Assembly (NCBI GenBank): GCA_046482725.1
Contig: JAWOEN010000052.1
Location: 1-40,575, forward strand
Direction of reading: 5' to 3'
DNA from: Candidatus Cloacimonadales bacterium
Lineage (GTDB): Bacteria; Cloacimonadota; Cloacimonadia; Cloacimonadales; TCS61
Length of the DNA: 40,575 bases
Made by a program: the position numbers and the translations under genes. The notes under the pieces were generated by a model. It was not told where the DNA came from. It ran no database searches and saw only the letters and a program-made list of their open reading frames with translations. Of this stretch, positions 8,076-16,825 are shown in pieces. How positions within the stretch are numbered: the stretch's first letter is position 1; the number at the start of each line of letters is the position of its first letter.

Positions 8076-9182
8076 TTAAACGTTAATCTCATCTTTTTTG
8101 ATTTTGAGCTCATGATGATCGAAAAAGATAACCATGGCGATCAGAATCAAGAGAATTACCAAAGAAATGATTGTGATTGAGATACTATATTTTTCTGCTT
8201 CAAACACCTTACCCATCCCAGCTTGCGGTAAAGGTTCCGGAGCTACCGGCATTTCATATTGATTAGAAATACCTACGATGTCAAGCAGGTGCAGCAGCTT
8301 AACACCACGTTCGGCGAAGAGAAACATCGTACCCTTGGTTGGGATATTTTTCAATTTTAGATAGCGATGCAAGCCGGGTGAAACCATTTGTCCATTCAAG
8401 GTGGTTCCCAGACTGGATAATCCACCTCCGATATTTACATAGAGTTTATACTCGTCGCCTGCGGCCAATTCGTCTAGGATAAACATCTTTTGTGCAATAT
8501 TATCTTCCAGGCTACTGCCATTAATCAGAGTAACATTGTTGCGCTCGATAGCATCCAAGATCAGCTCGCGTCCGCGTAGACTGAGGCCACGGCCCAAATC
8601 TCTGCCACCGCCGATAGAAGCTGCACTACTGTGATAGGGAAATACACCGCTGTCATTCAGCACTTTTTCCATATCCAGCCAAGTAAAATCGGGATCGGTA
8701 GCGCCGAACATACTGGCGCCCACAGATGAGACGATTTTTAGATCCAAATCCATAACTTTGGCAGCACTAAAAAGTGCCAGATTCATACCGGGAAAAGAGC
8801 CTGTGTAGCTGACCGCGACTTTATCTCCTGCTTTCAGTTCAGCATTTTTGAAAAAATCTACAACTACAGCAGCCATATTGGGATTGAGTGAGGTCAGTTT
8901 GGAAGTAAGATTGCCACGATCTGTAATAATCACAGATTCGCGATCTCCGACCAAAGCTGTTTTATTGGGGTCATTCAGATTGTCGATATAAGCTCCGCTG
9001 TCGATACGATTCTGCTTCAGTACCTTCGCGGCGTTTTGCATCTCTTGCGCTGCTTTCATCTTCAATTCGAAATGATCTTCTTTTACATAGTTGGTACTGC
9101 CTTCTACCCAGATAAAGAGTAGCAAGGCGATGAAAAATAGTAATATCAAACTGAGTTTGGATTTTGCACTTGGTATAAACAT
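8076..9182 (-). CDS. Poly-gamma-glutamate system protein (the family found in place of PgsA/CapA in some pgsBC loci; assignment from memory)
   Basis: 368 aa with N- and C-terminal transmembrane segments, located immediately downstream of pgsC (11-nt gap, GGGAGAG ribosome-binding site). Composition and position match what I recall of the 'poly-gamma-glutamate system protein' family. This needs an HMM check. Confidence 0.5.
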   Translation of the reverse strand: MFIPSAKSKLSLILLFFIALLLFIWVEGSTNYVKEDHFELKMKAAQEMQNAAKVLKQNRIDSGAYIDNLNDPNKTALVGDRESVIITDRGNLTSKLTSLNPNMAAVVVDFFKNAELKAGDKVAVSYTGSFPGMNLALFSAAKVMDLDLKIVSSVGASMFGATDPDFTWLDMEKVLNDSGVFPYHSSAASIGGGRDLGRGLSLRGRELILDAIERNNVTLINGSSLEDNIAQKMFILDELAAGDEYKLYVNIGGGLSSLGTTLNGQMVSPGLHRYLKLKNIPTKGTMFLFAERGVKLLHLLDIVGISNQYEMPVAPEPLPQAGMGKVFEAEKYSISITIISLVILLILIAMVIFFDHHELKIKKDEINV

Positions 9183-9193
9183 TTATCTCTCCC

Positions 9194-9643
9194 TTATCCT
9201 ATTATTTCTCCGCCAAAAATCAAGATCAAGATGAACCTGACCAAAACAGCTGCGATAGTCATGACCGAAAGCGTTTTGATGATTCCCTGTTTTTCCATGG
9301 CGTTGGCGATAAGACCCGGAATGATAAAACCAATCACATCGACTGAGTAATTTGAGGGTACAGTGGAAAAGATTCCATAAGTATCGGCATACCAGCCCAA
9401 AATGAAACCCAAAAGCACGGTTATCACCATTCTTCTGCGTCCATAGATGAACATTACTCTGCCCAATAATTTCACTATTCCAAAAACCACAAAACTTATT
9501 GTTAGTGTGGCAAATATTGTAAGCGGCTGATGCAAATACATTGCGATATAGCCAGAAACTACAATACCACCAGCTGCTGCTCCAAAAGTCTCTAAGAAAA
9601 AGAGACTAATTATTACACCTAAACCTATTGCTACTTCAAACAT
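9194..9643 (-). CDS. pgsC: Poly-gamma-glutamate biosynthesis membrane protein PgsC/CapC
   Basis: 149 aa, very hydrophobic. It aligns by eye along its length with B. subtilis PgsC (...GIVPAGLVVPGYL... / ...GIIVPGLIAN...): here GGIVVSGYIAMYL and GFIIPGLIANAMEKQG. It overlaps the pgsB stop by 8 nt. Confidence 0.85.
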   Translation of the reverse strand: MFEVAIGLGVIISLFFLETFGAAAGGIVVSGYIAMYLHQPLTIFATLTISFVVFGIVKLLGRVMFIYGRRRMVITVLLGFILGWYADTYGIFSTVPSNYSVDVIGFIIPGLIANAMEKQGIIKTLSVMTIAAVLVRFILILIFGGEIIG

Positions 9644-10805
9644 TTTTTCCGTTCCTCTCCCTAAAGTATTCTACGATTATACCGCCATTTCCACCAATAT
9701 TTCCTACTCCAAATAATAGAACTTCCTGCGCTGGCAATTTGCTGACTTCGGCGATCAATTCTTCTCCACTCACCCATCCACAATCGTGTACTTCTGCTTT
9801 GGAAATACCGTGTGAGATGGCATAAGAATGCATAGATTGAGTTTGCTGCCCGATCAGGAAAAGCTCATCGTGCTCAAATTCGCAGAGCATGTCGATCAGC
9901 TGCTTGGAACGATAGATTCTATCTTCGCGAGTATTTAGAACCAATGAAATGTTGTCGATATGTGAGTGGATTTTTTTTACATAATTAATTAAAAACTGGG
10001 TTGATTCCGGATCATTTGCCGCAAAAGAGTGAACGAAAAATATTTTCATCCCATTCCGCTTCACTTCAAAGATCTCGGCAGCTCCGATATCGGGTTTGGC
10101 TTTGTACATCTCTTGCAAAGCAACATCCCGCTCTACCTGACAATGTTCACAAACATCCAAACTGACTGCCACATTGTCTTTGTGCTCGATGTGTCGAAAT
10201 CCGCGCATCATCTCATCAGAGATTTTGTTACTATCAGAGTAAATCAATTTCGTACCCATCTTGTGGGCTTGTTTGCTTATCAAGGGAAACATTCTCCACT
10301 CTGCCGTATAAGCGATGCCATTACTGGGCAGTGAATTACACAGCGAGAGAGTACAGTTTCTCAGGCCGGGACCCATCACATCCAGATGATCCAAGCGACT
10401 GTTGGTGACTACTCCGATATCAGAATGCACCATCTCCTGCTCGGTAACCCACTGATATTCGGGAGTTACAGCCATGCATTCCAACACCAAAATATCGATG
10501 TCACGTTTAGCCACAAATTTTATGATCTTCAATTGCTCTTTGATGTTAGCTTCATAATGACGCACAATCGGGGTCTCAGAGCCATCTTCAAAAATTATTG
10601 CCGGGGCTGAACCTGTTGTTTTTGCCATCACTTTTTTGTTGCCGCCGCGTAAACCGGCTGCGATGAGCCTCACCACACTAGATTTTCCTCTAGTTCCATT
10701 TACATGAATGATTAGCGGAATCTTTTTCCGCCAAAATTGGTGATTATGAAATTCGATAATCCATAATACAATTAATAAAACAAAACCAAAAATTAATATA
10801 TACAT
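9636..10805 (-). CDS. pgsB: Poly-gamma-glutamate synthase PgsB/CapB (Mur-ligase-like amide ligase)
   Basis: 389 aa with an N-terminal transmembrane segment. Motifs are HVNGTRGKSS (P-loop), LVLECMAV.PEYQ, VVTN.RLDHLDVMGP, and FAANDPEST near the C-terminal third. All parallel B. subtilis PgsB (INGIRGKST, SECMAVNPDYQ, NVLEDHMDVMGP, FAANDASST) from memory. Confidence 0.9.
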   Translation of the reverse strand: MYILIFGFVLLIVLWIIEFHNHQFWRKKIPLIIHVNGTRGKSSVVRLIAAGLRGGNKKVMAKTTGSAPAIIFEDGSETPIVRHYEANIKEQLKIIKFVAKRDIDILVLECMAVTPEYQWVTEQEMVHSDIGVVTNSRLDHLDVMGPGLRNCTLSLCNSLPSNGIAYTAEWRMFPLISKQAHKMGTKLIYSDSNKISDEMMRGFRHIEHKDNVAVSLDVCEHCQVERDVALQEMYKAKPDIGAAEIFEVKRNGMKIFFVHSFAANDPESTQFLINYVKKIHSHIDNISLVLNTREDRIYRSKQLIDMLCEFEHDELFLIGQQTQSMHSYAISHGISKAEVHDCGWVSGEELIAEVSKLPAQEVLLFGVGNIGGNGGIIVEYFRERNGKNV

Positions 10806-10843
10806 TTTACCTCATAATAGATTGAGCTTTGCTAAATTTTATT

Positions 10844-10891
10844 AAAAAAAACCAAGCTTCTTCAGGAGCACCCAAAGCGGATACTCCTGAA
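10844..10891 (-). terminator. Rho-independent terminator candidate after the C25 peptidase gene, separating it from pgsB
   Basis: An 8-bp TTCAGGAG / CTCCTGAA stem (10861-10868 / 10884-10891). On the minus strand a T8 run (plus-strand A-run 10844-10851) follows about 9 nt after the stem. Confidence 0.55.
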
Positions 10892-10950
10892 ATAGCTAGC
10901 AGACTTTTTTTTACAAAACTCAAGTTTAACCAATATTTTCGATCATTAAC

Positions 10951-13900
10951 TTATTTCAGAAGCAGACATTTGCCACTGGAGATATTAGACTTTCCATCAG
11001 ATAGCTGATAGAAATAGACACCAGATGAAACAACATTGCCCTGATGATCATCACCGGCCCAAACTACAGAATGAGTACCGGCCGGCAAAGTTTCTGCCAC
11101 CAAAGTTTTCACTTTCTGTCCTTTGGTATTATAGATCTGCAATTCTGTATACTGCTCAGCTTGGCTGGTAGAGAAGCTGATAGTAGTGGTAGGATTGAAA
11201 GGATTGGGATAATTTCCCAAAAGCTGCAATTGCGGCTGAATCATCTCGTTTTCATCTGTACCTACATAATCATCAGGTGAATTTGTCGTAAACTTGATCG
11301 CCAAGCCAGCTGATAACGGTACTGCACTCGCAGCATAAAAATCTGAGTAGGAGTAGCAGATACCATCAGTTTGATGTCCATTTTCGATACCAACAGTAGA
11401 ATAATTATCATCTTCATCCGGATTATCTACAGTATGATAATTGAATTGGATAATACCGTCACCGGTAGCTGTTTGATGCATCGCAGGATCATAAAGCACA
11501 ACTTCAAATTTCTCGATTGAGCTGTCGTTGTGTCTGTTGACAGCGCCATTCCATTGAATCACAAATTTTCCCTCTTCCGGGAAATAATCGTAACCCAATC
11601 TGATGTGATAGTGCATGCCGGAACCATCATCAAAGGGAATACCGATCAAATCATCCCAATATGGTGCTACCATGGCATAAGGTCCCAAAGCTGCCGGAAT
11701 ATTCCAGTTGGTAAAATCATCCACATCTGTTTCATCAAAAGCTAACCAACCATTGGAGCTGACCGAGATCAGATCATGCGCTTCTCCATAGTATTGGAAG
11801 GTGAAAGGCAAATCTACTACTTCAGTTTGATCATCAGCCAGAGGAATAATTGTACCGTTGCCACCATCTTCCGGATCAACCACATGCCATTCATACTCGG
11901 GTGCTTCCTCATAGCCGACATCTGTATTGTCATAAGCATAATAGCCATAATTATCCGGTCCGGTCGGATCACTACTCTGCACTGTTCCGATCTGGGTGGT
12001 ATAGATGGCAGAGGTAGTTTGCTCTTCTGCATCTACAAAATCCAAATTGATCGAAACCAATCTTCCCACAAATGCATCAGCAGCCACTGAAATTCCCAGC
12101 TCAGCTGTGGCAGTTTCTCCTACCAAGAGATCACCGAATTCCAGCACTGTGTCAGAAACCAAGATCGCATCACTCATCTCGCTAGGTATAGCTGTCAGGT
12201 TTTCCACATCTATGCTTCCGATATTTTTGACAGTCAGATTTACTATAAGATCATCACCCGGATCCAAGACTCCATCCTCGGGAATCTCAAGTTCAGTGAT
12301 TTCAAAAAGAATACTATTATTGAGCAAGGCAAATTTAGCGATCGAGCCATCGGAAATTTCCAAGCTAAAAGCTAGGCTTTCTCCATTGGGAGATTCGGGA
12401 GCAATCGTCACAACGAAACTGGCATTAGCAGAGGCATTAGCTGCAATATCACCAAAGTCGGCAGTGCCGCTCTCGATTGTTACCATCTCATTATTGCTAA
12501 TCAGGTCGGCCGCAACAGCAGAGGCAGTTTCAGAGCCAAAATTGGTCAATTCCAGATCGATCGTTACTTCTGCTCCAGCAATCACTTCACTGCTTTGCAC
12601 TGAGCTTATTCCCAGATCAACCGAATGGCTGCTAACCTCAACAGTTTGGATATAAGGAATATGATTCGGTTTGGTCAGTGTCACTTCGATTTGTCCAGGT
12701 TCTTGTGGCTCAAAATATAAGGTGATCGCACCGTTTTCCATTGTGCCGCGAGCGATGATTTCGCCGTCTTTGACAGCGGAAACCAGAGCTCCGTCTGCCT
12801 CAGCAGCAACAATGTCCAGATAATTTGTGCCAGTATTGATCTCTGAGACAAATTCAGCAACTAAGGCATTGGGTACTCGGCTACGCATCATCAGCGAGGG
12901 GTCACCCAGGATATTGTAAACATGGAAATAAAATTCTACAGCTTCTTCCTGACCTACAGCTCTTTCGCGTGGGAAATTATCATAAAGCTCATATTTGGAG
13001 CGGAGTAAGGCGGTACTGAAAATAAAATTATCCTCATCCAAAAAACCGTGATAAAAGCCTGAAAAGAGCGAATTGTTGTATCTGGTGTTGGTGTGAAGAT
13101 CAGAAGGACCCACAAAGATCACCGCTCCCTTGGGAATACTAGGTGTTCCGGCTCGAACAAATTTCTCTCCAAAACTAGGATCGACAGCCTGATTGGCAAA
13201 ATCTCCGGTATTACAAACAAAAGAAGTTACTACCGGCAACATATAGCCATTATTTAATTCATCGATATGTTGTCTTTTAAATTCCGGATAGTGCCAACCA
13301 TTGGCATTGCCCCAACCGCGATAAGTTATCAGGTTCACACCACTGTTGATGCTATTGATAATATCGGTAGAGCCGGGATAGAGGGGTGGATAGTAAAATT
13401 CATCTACATTGGCATATCCGTAATAATCCAATTTCTCTTCCAACCATTTACTGGTATTGACCGGAGTAGTTGGCATAGGCGGGCTATCAGAATAATTTCC
13501 AGCCACCAAAGTGGCAGATTCTAGCCAGCTGGAATCTTCCATGTAAGGAGTTTTTTCATAGAATATGACTTTATTGATGATTGTCATCAGCTCCATTTCG
13601 CTATCGATAGAAAATCTTCCAGCCAAAATTTCGGGAAAATAATCATCACCCTCGATCATAGTGAAAGGCAAGTCTGTAACATTGTTGGCATCGCTAATAT
13701 AGAATGATGGTAATTCGAAAGAGCCGTTGACATCACCTACCAAAAGCAGGTAATCAGGTCTGGTTTCAAGGTTGTTGTATCTATCAGCGATAAAAGCTCT
13801 GATGTTCTCACTGCTGCCGCCAGCTTCTGTAATAGAAAAGATATCTGTCTCGATAGCGCTGGCTTGTTTCCAGTCGATAAAGGTCTGCATCGTGTTGAAC

Positions 13901-14424
13901 AGATTTTCCTTGGCAATAATCAGCATCCGAGTGGGAGCAATCTCGGTCATATAGAGATAAGATTCGGCGAAATTGCCGGTAACTGAACGGTAAACAGGCA
14001 GAAAAGCCGGAGAAACTTTTTGCGGAATCTCTACTCGCTTGGTTGGATTAACCGAGAATTCCAGACTGGTAAGCACAGCTCTACCTTCAGCTCTTTCGGG
14101 CTGCAGATTTAGCTCGACTGTATGAGCATAGAGTTCTCGCATCACAAAGCTGTCAGTAATTTTCACACTTGCTTGGTTGCGTTCTGTTTCATTACCGATA
14201 AAATTATCGTCAGCATCAAAAATAGCATAATTGCTGCTGATGATTTCCACTTCCACTGCGGTAGCGGGTATTGCCAAGACAGTCTCTACGGTAATATCTT
14301 GGGGGGCCAGATCATTATTCTGGTAGCTCACCACAAGATTTCCTCTCTCCTGCTGATAGCTAAAATCAGCCAGCAAACTGCTAGCGAAAATCAACAGCAA
14401 AATAAATATCATATGTTTTTTCAT
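10951..14424 (-). CDS. Peptidase C25 (gingipain/PorU-like) family protein with CARDB-like Ig domains and a T9SS C-terminal domain
   Basis: 1157 aa with a signal peptide. DYLLLVGDV...P, ITYRGWGNANGW and SFVCNTGDF...GDPSL align by eye with the RgpB region NYTGHGSETAW...DVACVNGDF...GDPSL. There are two ~95-aa segments resembling CARDB domains. The C-terminus is LLGNYPNPFNPTTTISF...SGVYFYQL...KCLLLK. Confidence 0.8.
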   Translation of the reverse strand: MKKHMIFILLLIFASSLLADFSYQQERGNLVVSYQNNDLAPQDITVETVLAIPATAVEVEIISSNYAIFDADDNFIGNETERNQASVKITDSFVMRELYAHTVELNLQPERAEGRAVLTSLEFSVNPTKRVEIPQKVSPAFLPVYRSVTGNFAESYLYMTEIAPTRMLIIAKENLFNTMQTFIDWKQASAIETDIFSITEAGGSSENIRAFIADRYNNLETRPDYLLLVGDVNGSFELPSFYISDANNVTDLPFTMIEGDDYFPEILAGRFSIDSEMELMTIINKVIFYEKTPYMEDSSWLESATLVAGNYSDSPPMPTTPVNTSKWLEEKLDYYGYANVDEFYYPPLYPGSTDIINSINSGVNLITYRGWGNANGWHYPEFKRQHIDELNNGYMLPVVTSFVCNTGDFANQAVDPSFGEKFVRAGTPSIPKGAVIFVGPSDLHTNTRYNNSLFSGFYHGFLDEDNFIFSTALLRSKYELYDNFPRERAVGQEEAVEFYFHVYNILGDPSLMMRSRVPNALVAEFVSEINTGTNYLDIVAAEADGALVSAVKDGEIIARGTMENGAITLYFEPQEPGQIEVTLTKPNHIPYIQTVEVSSHSVDLGISSVQSSEVIAGAEVTIDLELTNFGSETASAVAADLISNNEMVTIESGTADFGDIAANASANASFVVTIAPESPNGESLAFSLEISDGSIAKFALLNNSILFEITELEIPEDGVLDPGDDLIVNLTVKNIGSIDVENLTAIPSEMSDAILVSDTVLEFGDLLVGETATAELGISVAADAFVGRLVSINLDFVDAEEQTTSAIYTTQIGTVQSSDPTGPDNYGYYAYDNTDVGYEEAPEYEWHVVDPEDGGNGTIIPLADDQTEVVDLPFTFQYYGEAHDLISVSSNGWLAFDETDVDDFTNWNIPAALGPYAMVAPYWDDLIGIPFDDGSGMHYHIRLGYDYFPEEGKFVIQWNGAVNRHNDSSIEKFEVVLYDPAMHQTATGDGIIQFNYHTVDNPDEDDNYSTVGIENGHQTDGICYSYSDFYAASAVPLSAGLAIKFTTNSPDDYVGTDENEMIQPQLQLLGNYPNPFNPTTTISFSTSQAEQYTELQIYNTKGQKVKTLVAETLPAGTHSVVWAGDDHQGNVVSSGVYFYQLSDGKSNISSGKCLLLK

Positions 14425-14434
14425 CTATCCTCCA

Positions 14435-16765
14435 TTACTTTAGCAAGATCATCTTGCGCGAAGCTTGATAATCTGCAGTTGATAATTTATAAAAATATAC
14501 ACCACTTGCGACACTGCGATTGGCTTGATCTCTGCCGTCCCAGACTACGCTATTGCTAGCAGAAAGCTGAGTCGATTGCAGATCAAAACTTTTTATTTTC
14601 TGACCCCGAACATTATAAATCTCCAACTGCGCCTCAGCGTAATCTTGCTCTGCCAAATTAAAGCGGATCGTAGTTTCAGGATTAAAAGGGTTGGGGAAAT
14701 TTCCCCTCAGCTCTGTCTTGAGCTCGGGGATATTTTCTTCATTGGCATTGGACGCAAGTGAAGAAACTATCTTCAGATTGTCGATCCACCAACCGGGGTC
14801 TCTCTGAGTATCATCACTGACAAAGCGAAAACGCAGATGCAAATATGTATCTACATAATCTGCCAAAGAGAGCACAACATTGTCATTTGTCGGGCTCATC
14901 ACATCTTGCCAACCTTTACTAATGCCGGAATATTCAGCGATGGTCTGCCAGGTAGTGCCATTGGTACTCACTTCCACTTTCCCAAAATCTACGTCATGTT
15001 CGGTTCGATATTTATGATCAAAAGTCAAGACCACATCGTCAGCTACGCCTTGCAAACTTATATAGCCGCTGTACTGTGCAGAATCATCCATATTATTGGG
15101 ATAAAAATCGTGCATGCTGTTTTGGAAGAAATTGCGATGTACTACCAAACTCTGTGTATTCGAAACAGGATCTATCTCGGCAGCCCAGCTATATTCTGTC
15201 TCCCAATCAGGAATGCCAGCATCAAAATTATCTGCAAAAAGCACAACTTCCGGGGCAAGCTCTAGCTCCAGATCTGCATCTTGCAAATGCTCTGCCTGAT
15301 ATTGATAAGGTACAAAACCGTCAATTTTCACAATAAATTGCTGCTCTCCGGCAAAAGTATCCAGACTGAAATCTCCTCCGGAAAAGGGGATAACTTGATG
15401 ATATTCACCTAGGATTTCTACTACACCATCCAGCTCTGTGTTGGTGGAAACGTTTATATTAACCGGCTGCAAAGGCTGCAATTCCACATCTCTAATTGTC
15501 CAGGATGAGTTATTGACGGTAACACTCTGCAGATGATCTTGATAGCCTGCTTTACGCACTCGCAGGGTATATTGTCCCGGATTGAGTTGGCGCCAATATC
15601 TGCCAAAAGTATCGTCAGTCAGGCGCGGCGTGAAAAATGAAGCGTGATTTTCTTCGATAATAACTTCGGCAACGATTGGGGCGCCCGTTTCGGCGTCGGT
15701 AACGTGTCCGGTCAGCATGGCACCACTATCGGCCTGATATCCTAAAATGCGGCTGAATAACCAAAAAGCTCCACTCAGATTTCGTTCCACAGTATCCAGC
15801 ATGATAGCTTCGTTGGGCTGTAAATTCTGGGTACCACATTCGATCAAGAGCTGGGTTGTACCATGTTCTTGGTAAAACCACTCATGAGCAGAGCCTTTTC
15901 TACCGCGTGAGGGTGAAGGCTCGTAAAATCCGCTGCCTGTCTCTTTCTGTATGCGGCTAGCAACCTCTTCTCCAATATATTGATTATGCTCAAAATCGGG
16001 ACTTCGTTTGAGATCGTCCCATTCAAATGAGTAAAAAATTTGCTCTGATAAATTTCCTGTGCGGGAAGAGTGCCAAGCTACGGAATAGATAAAATGCTGC
16101 TCTGCTGCCAGGTTGGTAATAGCTTGGATGCCGCCTTCGGATATCGGGGCCGGACCGCGATAATAATCATACAATTCGTCGCCATCAGGGCAATACAATG
16201 TGTCTCCATGCACCCAATTAAATGAGAAATTTCTATTCATATCCACACCGTCGATATCTCTACCGACTCCCAGCTCTACATCCCACTCACCGTTTTCATT
16301 ATTATCACGCATATTCTTACGCCAGGAGACATGCTCTGTATCCATCACCACACCCAAGCCTTCCGGATTGTAGGTGGGAACTATCCAAATTTCCAGCTCA
16401 GAAATCCAGACATTGTAAGGAGTATAATTTCTGTTTTCCAAGATATCGTAGATCATATTCATGGTGATCTCTACGCCCAAAACTTCTTCAGCGTGAACTT
16501 GACCGATAAAAAGCAAAGCAGGTTCATCTTCATTTTCTTGCACATTATCGGAGATTTTCACACCCCAAATCGGCAACGGATCTTGAAAAGGAGAGCCCAA
16601 AGTTTCGCCGATCTGTTCCACTTTCATGATATCAGAATGCTGCTCTTGCAACTGAAATAATTCCTCTTCTATCTCTTCATTGGTATGATAGGCAGGATCC
16701 AGATAGAGCTGTGCCGAAAGTGCACCAACCAGCATCAACATTAAAAAGATTAGCATTTTTTTCAT
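14435..16765 (-). CDS. M14 family zinc carboxypeptidase with a CarboxypepD_reg-like domain and a T9SS C-terminal domain
   Basis: 776 aa with a signal peptide. M14 motifs present are GQVHAEEVLG (HxxE zinc ligands), NPEG, WRKN, VDMNRNF, VAWHS and LLIECG (catalytic Glu region). LTGHVTDAETGAPIVAEVII resembles the carboxypeptidase regulatory-like domain. The C-terminus is LRGNFPNPFNPETTIRF...SGVYFYKL...KMILLK. Its stop lies only 10 nt from the C25 ATG, which has a GGAGGA ribosome-binding site. Confidence 0.85.
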   Translation of the reverse strand: MKKMLIFLMLMLVGALSAQLYLDPAYHTNEEIEEELFQLQEQHSDIMKVEQIGETLGSPFQDPLPIWGVKISDNVQENEDEPALLFIGQVHAEEVLGVEITMNMIYDILENRNYTPYNVWISELEIWIVPTYNPEGLGVVMDTEHVSWRKNMRDNNENGEWDVELGVGRDIDGVDMNRNFSFNWVHGDTLYCPDGDELYDYYRGPAPISEGGIQAITNLAAEQHFIYSVAWHSSRTGNLSEQIFYSFEWDDLKRSPDFEHNQYIGEEVASRIQKETGSGFYEPSPSRGRKGSAHEWFYQEHGTTQLLIECGTQNLQPNEAIMLDTVERNLSGAFWLFSRILGYQADSGAMLTGHVTDAETGAPIVAEVIIEENHASFFTPRLTDDTFGRYWRQLNPGQYTLRVRKAGYQDHLQSVTVNNSSWTIRDVELQPLQPVNINVSTNTELDGVVEILGEYHQVIPFSGGDFSLDTFAGEQQFIVKIDGFVPYQYQAEHLQDADLELELAPEVVLFADNFDAGIPDWETEYSWAAEIDPVSNTQSLVVHRNFFQNSMHDFYPNNMDDSAQYSGYISLQGVADDVVLTFDHKYRTEHDVDFGKVEVSTNGTTWQTIAEYSGISKGWQDVMSPTNDNVVLSLADYVDTYLHLRFRFVSDDTQRDPGWWIDNLKIVSSLASNANEENIPELKTELRGNFPNPFNPETTIRFNLAEQDYAEAQLEIYNVRGQKIKSFDLQSTQLSASNSVVWDGRDQANRSVASGVYFYKLSTADYQASRKMILLK

Positions 16766-16792
16766 ATTTATCCTTCTTTAATAACAAAGAAA

Positions 16793-16820
16793 TTTTCCCC
16801 GACCCAAGGCCGGGGAAAAA
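16793..16820 (-). terminator. GC-rich hairpin (possible terminator or attenuator) between the repeat-protein gene and the M14 gene
   Basis: TTTTCCCCG acccaaggc CGGGGAAAA. On the minus strand it is followed by a T-rich tract (TTTCTTTGTTATT). Confidence 0.4.
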
Positions 16821-16825
16821 ATTAT

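Noticed and set aside
12005-12655. Long antisense ORFs inside large genes: 12005..12655 (216 aa), 19313..19843 (176 aa), 23098..23586 (162 aa), 5098..5508 (136 aa), 14122..14559 (145 aa) and others
   Set aside because: These are shadow ORFs opposite well-supported genes. They have a low-complexity Ser/Ile-rich composition and no ribosome-binding sites.
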